64,000 nucleotides of DNA from Candidatus Omnitrophota bacterium (lineage in GTDB: Bacteria > Omnitrophota > Gorgyraeia > Duberdicusellales > Duberdicusellaceae): contig JAFGCB010000025.1 in NCBI GenBank assembly GCA_016932855.1, forward strand, positions 13,868 to 77,867, in the 5' to 3' direction. The notes under the pieces are model-generated. The model made no database searches and was not told the DNA's origin. It saw only the letters and a program-made list of their open reading frames with translations. A program made the translations under genes and the position numbers. Shown here in pieces: positions 1 to 9,444 of the stretch. How positions within the stretch are numbered: position 1 is the stretch's first letter; each line of letters begins with the position of its first letter.

Positions 1-127
1 CGAAAGGCGAAAGCACGCAGGCGTTTTTATCCAGGATATCCAAGAAAACCGCCAGGCCGAAAAGAGAAGATAATTTTAAACTGGATCCTGCTCAAGCTTT
101 GAAGGTTAACGAAGAGCTTAAGGGTAT

Positions 128-625
128 ATGGAAAGAAAAGTACTTGTAAGTTATTGTCTTTTAGGCAAAAATTGCCGCTTTGACGGAAAGAATCGTTTTA
201 ACGCAGGGCTTGTAAGATTTCTTAATAAAAACAAGGTAAAGCCCGTAGGCGTCTGTCCCGAAGAATTAGGCGGCCTTAAGGGAAAAAGAGGGCCGTTTGA
301 ATTTAAAGGCCGACCTTCTTCAGTTATAAACGGCAAGACCGCAGTTCGGGATATAAAAGGCGCGGACTTTACGGCTAATTTCATAAAAGGCGCTTACGGC
401 GCGCTGAGCATTGCCAGGAAAAACAGGATACGGCTGGCAATTCTTAAATCCAAAAGCCCTTCCTGCGGATGCGACTATACATACAACGGAAGCTTTAAGA
501 AGATTGTAAAAAAAGGCTTAGGTATCACCGCCTACATATTAAAAAAGAACAAAATAAGATTATTTTCCGATAACCAATATAAAAAATTAAGAAGTGCCAT
601 GTGTAATGTGCCGGGTGCGAGGTAG
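128..625 (+). CDS. DUF523-family protein (YbbK/TudS-like), function uncertain
   Basis: 165 aa ORF with a Cys-rich N-terminus (CLLGKNCRFDG) and an SPSCGCDY motif, which I recall from DUF523 proteins. Identification is by memory, not alignment. Confidence 0.45.
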   Translation: MERKVLVSYCLLGKNCRFDGKNRFNAGLVRFLNKNKVKPVGVCPEELGGLKGKRGPFEFKGRPSSVINGKTAVRDIKGADFTANFIKGAYGALSIARKNRIRLAILKSKSPSCGCDYTYNGSFKKIVKKGLGITAYILKKNKIRLFSDNQYKKLRSAMCNVPGAR

Positions 626-702
626 ATAAATATTATGGACGTGCGCACAGCATTAAATAGACAGCGTTTTATATAGGCACTTGGCACTAGACACTATATT
701 AA

Positions 703-1455
703 ATGGATTTCATAAAATTTCTGGGTACGGCCGGCGCGCGATTTGTGATGATAAGACAGCTTCGGGCATCCGGGGGCTTGTGGGTGTCGTATAAAGATAC
801 CAATATTCTCATTGACCCTGGTCCGGGAAGTCTTATTCGGGCTTTAAAATCCAGGCCTAAGCTTGACCCCTCCGCGCTAGACGGCATAATTCTTACTCAT
901 AAGCATCTCGACCATTCAAACGATATAAATCTTATGATTGAAGCAATGACCGGCGGCGGATTTAAGAAGAGGGGGGTAGTTTTTGCTCCCCGGGACTGTT
1001 TTGGAGAGGGCGGCGTTATATTTGATTACGCTTCTAAATTTCCGCAAGAAATCAGACATCTTAAAAAAGGCTCTTTTAAAGTAAAGGACTTTGAATTTGA
1101 AGTTCCTTTAAAGATGAGGCACCCGGTAGAGACTTACGGAATCCGTTTTGAAATAAACGGGAGGAAAGTTTCCTTGATTGCGGATACCGAGTATTTTCAG
1201 GATTTAAGCAAGTATTACAAGGCAGATATTTTAATAATAAATTTAGTTTTTCTGGAGAAGCGAAGTAATATCGCGCATCTTTGTCTTAGCGAGGCAAAGA
1301 AAATAATCTCCGCCATTAAGCCCAAAGAGGCGATTCTTACTCATTTCGGTATGACCATACTTAAAGCAAAACCCCATATTTTAGAGGAGTCGCTTAATAA
1401 AGAGCTAAACAGCAGGATAAGGCTTGCTTATGACGGCATGAGGCTTGATTTTTGA
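703..1455 (+). CDS. MBL-fold metallo-hydrolase
   Basis: HKHLDHSND motif (HxHxDH) and 250 aa size typical of the beta-lactamase-fold hydrolase superfamily. Confidence 0.7.
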   Translation: MDFIKFLGTAGARFVMIRQLRASGGLWVSYKDTNILIDPGPGSLIRALKSRPKLDPSALDGIILTHKHLDHSNDINLMIEAMTGGGFKKRGVVFAPRDCFGEGGVIFDYASKFPQEIRHLKKGSFKVKDFEFEVPLKMRHPVETYGIRFEINGRKVSLIADTEYFQDLSKYYKADILIINLVFLEKRSNIAHLCLSEAKKIISAIKPKEAILTHFGMTILKAKPHILEESLNKELNSRIRLAYDGMRLDF

Positions 1456-1514
1456 TTTTCATGCGGATCGGGGTTTAGGTTGAACTGGTTTTAAGCCGGT
1501 GATAGAATAAACAC

Positions 1515-1880
1515 ATGCCTGAGAGGAAATTTATATTTATAGTTGATGACGATGAGGGTTTTGTCGATATAATCGGCTCTTTTTTAGTTAGAAAAGGTTA
1601 CGCTGTAGAGATCGCCAAGAGCGTAGACAAAGCCCTGGAAAAGCTGCCTAGCCTGGAGCCCGACGCTTGCCTTGTTGATTTGCTTTTGGATGACGGCGAC
1701 GGATTGAAGGTGGTGGAGCAGATAAAGAAGATTCATCCTGCGGCATACATAATAGTTTTGAGCGGACACAGAGAAGACGAAGCGTCTAAGCAAGCTAAAG
1801 AGGCCGGGGCAGACGAGTTCGTCCCCAAGCCCCTAACCACTTCCCAATTAAAAGGCATACTTGATAAAATCTTTACTTGA
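1515..1880 (+). CDS. Stand-alone response-regulator receiver (REC) domain protein
   Basis: 121 aa with an acidic pocket (VDDDEG), a phospho-acceptor Asp context (LVDLLLDDGDG), a conserved Ser/Thr (VLSGH) and a Lys (VPKPL). Confidence 0.7.
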   Translation: MPERKFIFIVDDDEGFVDIIGSFLVRKGYAVEIAKSVDKALEKLPSLEPDACLVDLLLDDGDGLKVVEQIKKIHPAAYIIVLSGHREDEASKQAKEAGADEFVPKPLTTSQLKGILDKIFT

Positions 1881-1892
1881 TTTTCTGTATTT

Positions 1893-2264
1893 ATGAAGCA
1901 AGCGGATGGTTTTTATAAATATTGGTCCTTTTTGATAATTTATACGCTTTTTATTTTTTTTATTTCAACTTTTCCGGGAAATTATTTCCAAAAGGCGCCT
2001 CGGTTTATTTTTTTAGATAAAATAGCCCACATATTTATTTATTCGGTATTAGGCCTCATTTCGTTAAGAGCCTTTCGCGGGGAAAAGGGAATCACAGGGC
2101 GTAATTTATTGTTTTGTCTTATCTACTGTATGTTGGTGGGGGTTTTCGACGAGGCTTATCAAAGCCTTGTTCCTGAAAGGACGGTTGATTTCTTTGATTT
2201 GCTGTCTGATTTTTCGGGAGCATTAATCGGAAGCCTAATATATTATAAATCAGTGACTTTTTGA
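1893..2264 (+). CDS. VanZ-like small membrane protein
   Basis: 123 aa with hydrophobic segments and a DEAYQ...PER...D..D motif resembling the VanZ family. Confidence 0.45.
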   Translation: MKQADGFYKYWSFLIIYTLFIFFISTFPGNYFQKAPRFIFLDKIAHIFIYSVLGLISLRAFRGEKGITGRNLLFCLIYCMLVGVFDEAYQSLVPERTVDFFDLLSDFSGALIGSLIYYKSVTF

Positions 2265-3874
2265 TTAGAGCCATGTCGATAAGCAGATTATTAACCCGGA
2301 AAACGCGCCGAGAGTTTAAAGATTTAACCGAGGTATTGTCCTATCAGGCGGAATACAGCCCTAGTAAGCCTTTCATAATATTCGGCCAGAAGAGGATAAC
2401 TTTTAAAGAACTGGATTTTTCAGCCGGTCGACTCGCCGCTTTTTTATCTCTTCAAGGCGTAGCAAAAGGCGACAGGGTCTGCCTTTGGATGTACAACTGC
2501 CCGGAGTTTGTCATTTCTTATTTCGCGATTCTCAAATTAGGCGCGACTGTGGTCCCGATTAATAATATGTTTAAGCGGGAAGAAGCAAAATATATCATTG
2601 AAGATGCGGAGTGCGGAGTTCTGCTGTTTTCGCCGGAGAAAATCGAAGATTGCCTGAATTTAAACTTAAGGGTAGCAAGCCTTGATAAGATTATATCTTT
2701 TTCTTTCAGCAAGGAAGTTTACCCGGAGGTCGCCGACTTGTATGAGGCAATAGATAATAATGAGGTTCTTGGTGAAAAGGCCGAAATCGACCCTGATGAT
2801 CTTGCTGAAATCCTGTATACTTCCGGAACTACCGGAAAGCCTAAGGGAGCGTGTCTTAGCCACAAGAATCTGATTTCCAATGTTGAAGATTGCCGGGTTA
2901 TTATCAGGGCAACCGCCAAAGATACCTTTATATGTTTTTTGCCTTTATTCCATTCTTTTGCATCTACGGTCTGCATGCTTTTTCCTTTGTATGTAGGCAG
3001 TTCCACGGTAATCTTTAGGGCAATAAGGCCTTTTAAACGGGTCTTAAGAAGTATCCGTAAAAACCGGATAACTATATTCGTGGGAGTGCCTTCCATATAT
3101 TCCCTTTTGAAGGATATGAAGCTGCCTTGGATTTTAACGACGTTGCTTAGGCCTTTATTTATTCCTTTACGCGTATGTATTTCAGGAGCCGCCGCTCTTC
3201 CTGTTAATGTCGCACCTGTATTCGAAAGGAAATTAAAAGTCCCTCTTTTAGAAGGTTACGGCTTAACCGAGACCTCTCCGGTAGCTACTCTAAACCCTTT
3301 GAGGGGAGAGCGAAAACCCGGTTCGATCGGCCTGGCCTTACCTTCAGTAGAACTTAAGGTTGTAAATCGCAGCGGAGAGCCGCTTGAAAGAGGCGAAATC
3401 GGAGAGCTTTTAATAAAAGGGCCTAATGTAATGAAAGGTTATTTTAAGATGGAGCAGGCTTCAGCCGAGGTTATCGAGAAAGGCTTTCTTCATACCGGCG
3501 ATTTAGCCAGAATAGACAACCAGGGTTATGTTTATATTGAGGGCCGGATAAAAGAGATGATAAACGTAAGAGGTTTGAATGTCTACCCTAAAGAGATAGA
3601 GGATGTTTTGTATCAACTTACCTTTGTTAAAGAAGCCGCGGTCGTGGGCGTAAATCACCCTAAGAAAGGGGAGGTTCCTATAGGGTTCGTGGTTCTTAAG
3701 GATAACCAAACAAGCGACTCCGGACAGATTCTTAAGTTCTTAAGAGAGCATTTAGCTCCCTTTAAAGTGCCCTTAAGAATAGAATTCCGCGATAATCTTC
3801 CTAAAAACACCACCGGCAAGATTTTAAAATACGTTCTCAAGCAGCAGCTAGAAGCAGCGTTATTCAGCCGCTAA
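2261..3874 (+). CDS. AMP-dependent synthetase/ligase (acyl-CoA synthetase family)
   Basis: 537 aa with the YTSGTTGKPKG AMP-binding motif and a C-terminal GKILK motif. The start overlaps the upstream stop (ATGA). Confidence 0.85.
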   Translation: MIRAMSISRLLTRKTRREFKDLTEVLSYQAEYSPSKPFIIFGQKRITFKELDFSAGRLAAFLSLQGVAKGDRVCLWMYNCPEFVISYFAILKLGATVVPINNMFKREEAKYIIEDAECGVLLFSPEKIEDCLNLNLRVASLDKIISFSFSKEVYPEVADLYEAIDNNEVLGEKAEIDPDDLAEILYTSGTTGKPKGACLSHKNLISNVEDCRVIIRATAKDTFICFLPLFHSFASTVCMLFPLYVGSSTVIFRAIRPFKRVLRSIRKNRITIFVGVPSIYSLLKDMKLPWILTTLLRPLFIPLRVCISGAAALPVNVAPVFERKLKVPLLEGYGLTETSPVATLNPLRGERKPGSIGLALPSVELKVVNRSGEPLERGEIGELLIKGPNVMKGYFKMEQASAEVIEKGFLHTGDLARIDNQGYVYIEGRIKEMINVRGLNVYPKEIEDVLYQLTFVKEAAVVGVNHPKKGEVPIGFVVLKDNQTSDSGQILKFLREHLAPFKVPLRIEFRDNLPKNTTGKILKYVLKQQLEAALFSR

Positions 3875-4007
3875 ATAATACTTTAAATCCGCCTGCCGGA
3901 CTGCAAAAACTCTTGCAAAATTTCGGTAATTATGATAGATTAGCCTACCTAAAATTTAGTAATCTATTTAGGCATATTTATCTGGGTTAGCTGAGAATTT
4001 ATCAAAA

Positions 4008-5891
4008 ATGAATACCAATACACTTAATCTGCTGGAAAACAGGCTTGATTCGGCGAATGTTCAGAAGCTCAAGGCTTTGGAGAATCCTTCTCTTCTTGAT
4101 TTTGTAGCTGATTTTATTGAGCTTTGTAACCCGAAAGAAGTGTTTGTAAGGACTGATTCTTCATCCGACGCAGAGTATATACGGAAAAAAGCCCTTGAGT
4201 TTGGAGAAGAAAGAAAGCTTGGCTTACCCGGCCATAGTCTTCATTTTGACAGTTTTTTTGATCAGGGAAGGGATAAGAAAGCAACTCAGTATCTTCTGCC
4301 TAAAGGAAAGAGTCTAGGTCATTACGGTAACAGCATTGATCGCCAGGGGGGCCTGGAAGAAATTAGGACCCAGCTTAAAGATATCATGAAAGACAAGTTG
4401 ATGTTTATAGCTTTCTTTTGCCTTGGCCCTCTACATTCCGACTTTTCTATTTTAGCGGTTCAGATAACCGATTCTGCCTATGTGGCCCATTCCGAAGATA
4501 TTCTTTACCGGCCGGGATATGAGGAATTTAAGAACAAAAAGAGCCCGTCATTTTTTCGTTTTGTCCATAGCGCCGGAGAATTGGAGAGTAACGTATCGAA
4601 AAACATAGACAGCCGGAGGGTCTACATTGATTTGGAAGAAAGTACGGTTTACAGCGTTAATACCCAGTATGCCGGAAATACCGTCGGTCTTAAGAAGCTT
4701 GCCTTGCGTTTAGCGATAAATAAAGCTTCGAAAGAAGGCTGGCTCGCCGAGCATATGTTTGTAATGGGCATAAACGATGAAGGCGGCAAAAAAGCTTATT
4801 TTTGCGGAGCTTACCCAAGTATGTGCGGGAAGACCTCGACGGCGATGATTCAGGGAGAGTCTATTATTGGCGATGATATCGCTTATCTCTGGGCTAACAA
4901 TGGCAAAGCGGCCGCGGCTAATGTGGAAAGAGGTATTTTTGGTATTATAAAGGATGTTAATTCCAAAGATGACGCGATTTTATTTAAATCCTTAAGTCAG
5001 CCGGGAGAAGTAATCTTTTCTAATATTTTGGTCGATAAGCATCTTAAACCTTACTGGATAGGTAAAGATGCTGAGCTTCCTTCTTCGGGGATCAACTTCG
5101 CCGGAGAGTGGTTTCCCGGAAAAACCGATGAATGCGGAGAAGAAATCCCACCTTCTCACAAAAACGCCCGTTATACCATACGTCTTTCGGCTTTGGAGAA
5201 TGTCGATCCCAAGCTAGAGGATTCTAGGGGGGTTGAGGTAGAAGGCATTATTTACGGCGGTAGAGATTCAGATACTTCATGCCCGGTTGAAGAAGCGTTT
5301 TCCTGGCAGCACGGGATCATCACTAAGGCCGCAATCCTTGAGTCGGAGACTACTGCCGCTACTCTGGGGCAGGAAGGGGTGCGCGTTTTTAATCCTATGT
5401 CCAATATAGACTTTTTATCGATTCCTTTAGGCAAGTATCTGGATATGAATTTAGATTTTGGAAGAAAGGTTGAAAAACCGCCTTTTATTTTTTCAGTAAA
5501 TTATTTTTTGCGGGACAAGCATAAAGGCTTTTTGAACGATATGGAAGATAAGCGGGTCTGGCTTAAATGGATGCGCTTAAGGGTGGATAGAGCAGTTTCT
5601 TCACTGGCGACCCCTACAGGTTTGATTCCCAGGTACGAAGATTTAAAAGCTTTGTTTAAGAAAGTGCTGGGCAAGGATTATTTTAAAAAGGATTATATTG
5701 AGCAGTTTACTCTGCGTGTCCCTGAGAACTTAGCCAAGATAAAGCGGGTAGGAAACATTTACGCCGGGGCGCAGAATATCCCCCAGGTATTATTCGAGGA
5801 GTTAAAAAAGCAAGAGGAAAGGCTTATTGAGTGCCAGAAGAAATTCGGCGATTACGTAAGCCCGGATATGTTTAAGGAGGAGACTGCATGA
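4008..5891 (+). CDS. pckG: Phosphoenolpyruvate carboxykinase (GTP)
   Basis: 627 aa. GTP-PEPCK kinase-1a motif YPSMCGKTSTAM, IGDDIAYLW, and FIAFFCLGPLHSD matching the PEPCK-GTP family. Confidence 0.85.
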   Translation: MNTNTLNLLENRLDSANVQKLKALENPSLLDFVADFIELCNPKEVFVRTDSSSDAEYIRKKALEFGEERKLGLPGHSLHFDSFFDQGRDKKATQYLLPKGKSLGHYGNSIDRQGGLEEIRTQLKDIMKDKLMFIAFFCLGPLHSDFSILAVQITDSAYVAHSEDILYRPGYEEFKNKKSPSFFRFVHSAGELESNVSKNIDSRRVYIDLEESTVYSVNTQYAGNTVGLKKLALRLAINKASKEGWLAEHMFVMGINDEGGKKAYFCGAYPSMCGKTSTAMIQGESIIGDDIAYLWANNGKAAAANVERGIFGIIKDVNSKDDAILFKSLSQPGEVIFSNILVDKHLKPYWIGKDAELPSSGINFAGEWFPGKTDECGEEIPPSHKNARYTIRLSALENVDPKLEDSRGVEVEGIIYGGRDSDTSCPVEEAFSWQHGIITKAAILESETTAATLGQEGVRVFNPMSNIDFLSIPLGKYLDMNLDFGRKVEKPPFIFSVNYFLRDKHKGFLNDMEDKRVWLKWMRLRVDRAVSSLATPTGLIPRYEDLKALFKKVLGKDYFKKDYIEQFTLRVPENLAKIKRVGNIYAGAQNIPQVLFEELKKQEERLIECQKKFGDYVSPDMFKEETA

Positions 5892-6769
5892 TCTTGGATA
5901 AAGCCGAACTTAAGGGTTTTAAGCTGTTTAAAAGAGGTAAAGTACGAGATGTTTATGATTTAGATGATAAGCTTTTAATGATTGCCACCGACAGAATATC
6001 CTGTTTTGACGTGGTCTTGCCTACTCCGATTCCGGAGAAAGGCAAGATCTTAACCCGGATTTCTTTGTTTTGGTTTTCTTTTCTGAAGGATATAGTCGAT
6101 AACCATCTTATTTCCGACAATCTCCAAGATTTGCCCCCAGCTTTTAAGGAATTTAAAGAAACCTTAAGCGGAAGGTTCATGTTGACCAAAAAATGCAAGG
6201 TTATGCCTTTTGAATGCGTGGTAAGAGGCTATCTTTCCGGTTCAGGCTGGAAAGAGTATAAGGCCAGCAATAGTGTTTGCGGTATTAATTTACCCCGGGG
6301 ATTAGTCGAATCATCGAAGCTAAGGGAGCCTATATTTAGTCCGGCCACCAAGGCTGAATCAGGCCACGATGAAAATGTGGATTTTAACTATATGAAAAAT
6401 AAGATAGGAGCAGAGTTTGCCGAGAGAATGAAAAACTTAAGTTTGTCGTTATACGCGAAAGCCTCGGAATTTATAGAGGAAAAAGGAATAATAATCGCTG
6501 ACACCAAGTTTGAGTTTGGCTTCGACGGAGAAGAATTAATCTTAGTCGACGAGGCCCTGACCCCGGATTCTTCTCGTTTCTGGCCGAAAGAGGAATATGC
6601 CCCCGGAGGTCCCCAGGCAAGCTTTGATAAGCAATACGTAAGAGATTATCTTGAATCGTTAGATTGGGACAAGACCCCTCCCGGACCAGTACTGCCCGAT
6701 GAAGTTGTAACTAAAACCAGAGAAAAGTATTTGGCCGCACTTAAAATAGTTACCGGTAAAACCATTTAG
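5888..6769 (+). CDS. purC: Phosphoribosylaminoimidazole-succinocarboxamide synthase (SAICAR synthetase, long form)
   Basis: 293 aa with a RGKVRDVYDLDDKLLMIATDRISCFD N-terminus typical of PurC. Translationally coupled to the pckG stop. Confidence 0.9.
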   Translation: MILDKAELKGFKLFKRGKVRDVYDLDDKLLMIATDRISCFDVVLPTPIPEKGKILTRISLFWFSFLKDIVDNHLISDNLQDLPPAFKEFKETLSGRFMLTKKCKVMPFECVVRGYLSGSGWKEYKASNSVCGINLPRGLVESSKLREPIFSPATKAESGHDENVDFNYMKNKIGAEFAERMKNLSLSLYAKASEFIEEKGIIIADTKFEFGFDGEELILVDEALTPDSSRFWPKEEYAPGGPQASFDKQYVRDYLESLDWDKTPPGPVLPDEVVTKTREKYLAALKIVTGKTI

Positions 6770-6778
6770 AGATTCGGC

Positions 6779-7969
6779 ATGTTTTCAGAAATAGCCCAAA
6801 GTATAAGTCCTTCAATGACCCTTGCGATTTCAACTAAAGCCAAGGTTATGAAGGCCCAGGGTTTGGATGTTGTTGGATTCGGAGCAGGCGAACCTGATTT
6901 TGATACGCCTTTGCGCATAAAAGAAGCAGCTAAAAAAGCAATTGACCAGGGCTATACCAAATATACTCCGGCTTCAGGCATGCCCCAGCTTAAAGAAGCC
7001 ATAGTAAAGAAATTTAATAAAGAAAACGGTCTTAGCTACCAGCTTGATGAGATATTAGTCGGCTGCGGAGCAAAGCACGTTATTTCTGAAATAATCTTTT
7101 GTTTAGTCAATGCCGGCGACGAGGTAATAATCCCGGCTCCTTACTGGGTCAGTTATCCTGAGATGGTAAAGCTTTGCGGAGGAGTAAGTGTTTTTGTCAA
7201 ATCCACTCAAGAGGATAATTTTAAGATAACCGCCGGGATGCTTAAGGAGAAAATAACTAATAAAACAAAACTTTTAATCTTAAATTCGCCTTCCAATCCT
7301 ACCGGAGCGGTATATAGCCGGGCTGAGCTTAAGGCCCTAGCCCAAGTAATAGAGGAAGAAAAGATTTATTGTATTTCCGATGAGATATACGAAAAGTTAG
7401 TCTATGATAATGCAGAGCATGTAAGCATTGCTGGTTTTTCCAGGGGTTTAAAAGATAAGACCATCGTTATAAACGGAGTATCCAAGGCCTATTCTATGAC
7501 CGGTTGGCGCATAGGTTATGCCGGGGGTGCAAAACAGATAATAAAGATAGCTTCAAGCGTCCAATCTCATACAACTTCAAATCCTACGTCTATTTCGCAA
7601 ATTGCAGCCATTGAAGCCCTCCAAGGCCCGCAAGATGAAGTCGCTGAAATGAAGGGGGAATTCGAAAAGCGAAGAGGCTATTTAGTTGAGAAAATCGGCA
7701 GTATAAAAGGCTTAACCTGCATAAAACCCCAGGGTGCCTTTTACAGCTTTGTGGATATTTCCAAGCTGCTGGGTAAAAAATCTAATGGGGCTGAGATAAA
7801 AGGATCACTTTCCTTTTCCGAAATTCTTTTAAATGAAGCAAAGGTCGCGGTAGTTCCCGGGATTGCCTTCGGAGACGATAATTTCGTGAGGCTTTCCTAC
7901 GCGATTTCAATGGAAACGATGAAAAAAGGTTTGGATAGGATAGAGGAGTTTGTGGGAGGATTAAAATGA
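6779..7969 (+). CDS. Class I pyridoxal-phosphate aminotransferase (aspartate aminotransferase-like)
   Basis: 396 aa with SKAYSMTGWRIGY (PLP lysine context) and a NPTG motif. Confidence 0.85.
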   Translation: MFSEIAQSISPSMTLAISTKAKVMKAQGLDVVGFGAGEPDFDTPLRIKEAAKKAIDQGYTKYTPASGMPQLKEAIVKKFNKENGLSYQLDEILVGCGAKHVISEIIFCLVNAGDEVIIPAPYWVSYPEMVKLCGGVSVFVKSTQEDNFKITAGMLKEKITNKTKLLILNSPSNPTGAVYSRAELKALAQVIEEEKIYCISDEIYEKLVYDNAEHVSIAGFSRGLKDKTIVINGVSKAYSMTGWRIGYAGGAKQIIKIASSVQSHTTSNPTSISQIAAIEALQGPQDEVAEMKGEFEKRRGYLVEKIGSIKGLTCIKPQGAFYSFVDISKLLGKKSNGAEIKGSLSFSEILLNEAKVAVVPGIAFGDDNFVRLSYAISMETMKKGLDRIEEFVGGLK

Positions 7970-7970
7970 G

Positions 7971-8117
7971 GTCACAACTTACGGAATGAAATGACGTAAG
8001 CTGCTTGACCGAACTTAACCCCGCACCTTTGTCTTATTCGCTTCGCGATGAATAGTTCAAAGGCGCGGGGTTTAATCCGACCATATGATTTACGTCACCC
8101 TTAGGGTTCCGTAAAAC
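7971..8117. repeat. About 145-nt nested palindromic element filling the whole intergenic gap. Family termini TACGGAAT...TTACGTCACCC, with an inner 14-bp inverted repeat.
   Basis: Left arm tacggaatgaaatgacgtaagc (7980-8002) is the reverse complement of the right arm tttacgtcaccc...ttccgta (8088-8113). Inner inverted repeat aaccccgcaccttt / aaaggcgcggggttt (8027-8073). Motifs are shared with 42561-42617, 46561-46618 and the valS inserts. Confidence 0.5.
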
Positions 8118-8141
8118 ATGGTTTCATTAAAGGAGGTAATG

Positions 8142-9374
8142 ATGCCGAGGATTTATATTATTGATGTGACTAATCGGGACGGGGTGCAGACTTCCCGAAT
8201 TTGTTTATCCAAATTAGAAAAAACTATAATTAACATTTACCTTAATAACTTCGGAGTCTTCCAGAGCGAATTCGGTTTTCCCTTCACTCACCACGAGATT
8301 AACTATTTAAACGCTAATTTGGAGTTGGCTGAAATGAAAGTTATATCTCCCATGCGTTTGGGCGGCTGGGTAAGGGCTATTCCCGGGGATATCGAATTAG
8401 CCTTTAAGAATGTCCCTAAGATCAAGTATTTGAATCTTTCGATTTCTACATCGGCTCAGATGATAAAGCATAAATTTCAAGGTAAGCTTGCCGAGAAAGA
8501 TGTGATAAAGGCTATGCAAAAATCAGTCAACTTAGCCCTTCAAAAGGGCGGTCGTCAACTGGGCGTTAATGCCGAAGATGCCTCACGAACGGATTTAAAA
8601 TACTTAATCGAGTTTGCTCTGGCTGCGAAAGAAGCGGGAGCTAGTCGAATAAGATATTGTGACACATTGGGTTACGACTCACCATTCTCCATTTACCAAC
8701 GAGTAACGACTCTAGCCGAAAAAGTAAAAATCCCTATTGAGCTTCATTGTCACAATGATTTAGGCCTGGCTGTGGCTAATTCACTTTCAGGGGCAAAAGC
8801 TGCTCTTGATGCCGGAGTTGACGCTTACATAAATACCTGCGTAAACGGGGTTGGCGAAAGAGCCGGTAATGCTGATATTGTTTCGGTAGTACTCGCGATT
8901 ATGTACTCGCAGGGGATTGAAAAAAAATACAAGCTAGGCGAAGGAATAAAATTGGATGTGGCCTGGCGGATGTGCAAATATGCCTCATATGCTTTAAATA
9001 TTCCCATCCCCATAAATCAGCCGGGAATAGGCGCTAATGCTTTTGCTCATGAATCAGGCATTCACGCTGACGGCGCTTTAAAGAACCGGCGTAACTACGA
9101 GCTCTATGATTATGAAGATTTAGGACGCGGCGAGCCTGAGATTATTGATACCGGTAGACAAATTACTGTCGGTGAATACTCGGGGATTAAAGGTTTTAGA
9201 AACGTCTATGCGAAGCTGGCAGTAAAGTTTAGGGATGATAGAGAAGCCGCGGAGGTCTTAGAGCTTGCCCGATACGCCAACGTCCATAATCAAAAGCCTC
9301 TGGTTAATGAGGAGCTTAGATTTATTGCTAAATATCCGAAAATAGCCAAAAAGATTTTTCAGATGTCCTGTTGA
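8142..9374 (+). CDS. LeuA/HMG-CoA-lyase-like DRE-TIM metallolyase (2-isopropylmalate / homocitrate / citramalate synthase family, no regulatory domain)
   Basis: HCHNDLGLAVANS motif and N-terminal IIDVTNRDGVQ. Start moved from 8118 to the ATG 5 nt after the AAGGAGG site; the 8118 ATG lies inside the palindromic element. Confidence 0.6.
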   Translation: MPRIYIIDVTNRDGVQTSRICLSKLEKTIINIYLNNFGVFQSEFGFPFTHHEINYLNANLELAEMKVISPMRLGGWVRAIPGDIELAFKNVPKIKYLNLSISTSAQMIKHKFQGKLAEKDVIKAMQKSVNLALQKGGRQLGVNAEDASRTDLKYLIEFALAAKEAGASRIRYCDTLGYDSPFSIYQRVTTLAEKVKIPIELHCHNDLGLAVANSLSGAKAALDAGVDAYINTCVNGVGERAGNADIVSVVLAIMYSQGIEKKYKLGEGIKLDVAWRMCKYASYALNIPIPINQPGIGANAFAHESGIHADGALKNRRNYELYDYEDLGRGEPEIIDTGRQITVGEYSGIKGFRNVYAKLAVKFRDDREAAEVLELARYANVHNQKPLVNEELRFIAKYPKIAKKIFQMSC

Positions 9375-9444
9375 TGGGGCGCAAAAGGGTTTCCAGCGCC
9401 GGCTTAAGGTTTTTAAAAACTGCCTGTAAACTTCCAACCTCCCG

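Noticed and set aside
8118-8141. Upstream ATG (8118) as the start of the LeuA-like gene
   Set aside because: That ATG lies inside the palindromic repeat, and the AAGGAGG site is downstream of it. The ATG at 8142 has proper SD spacing and matches the LeuA-family N-terminus.
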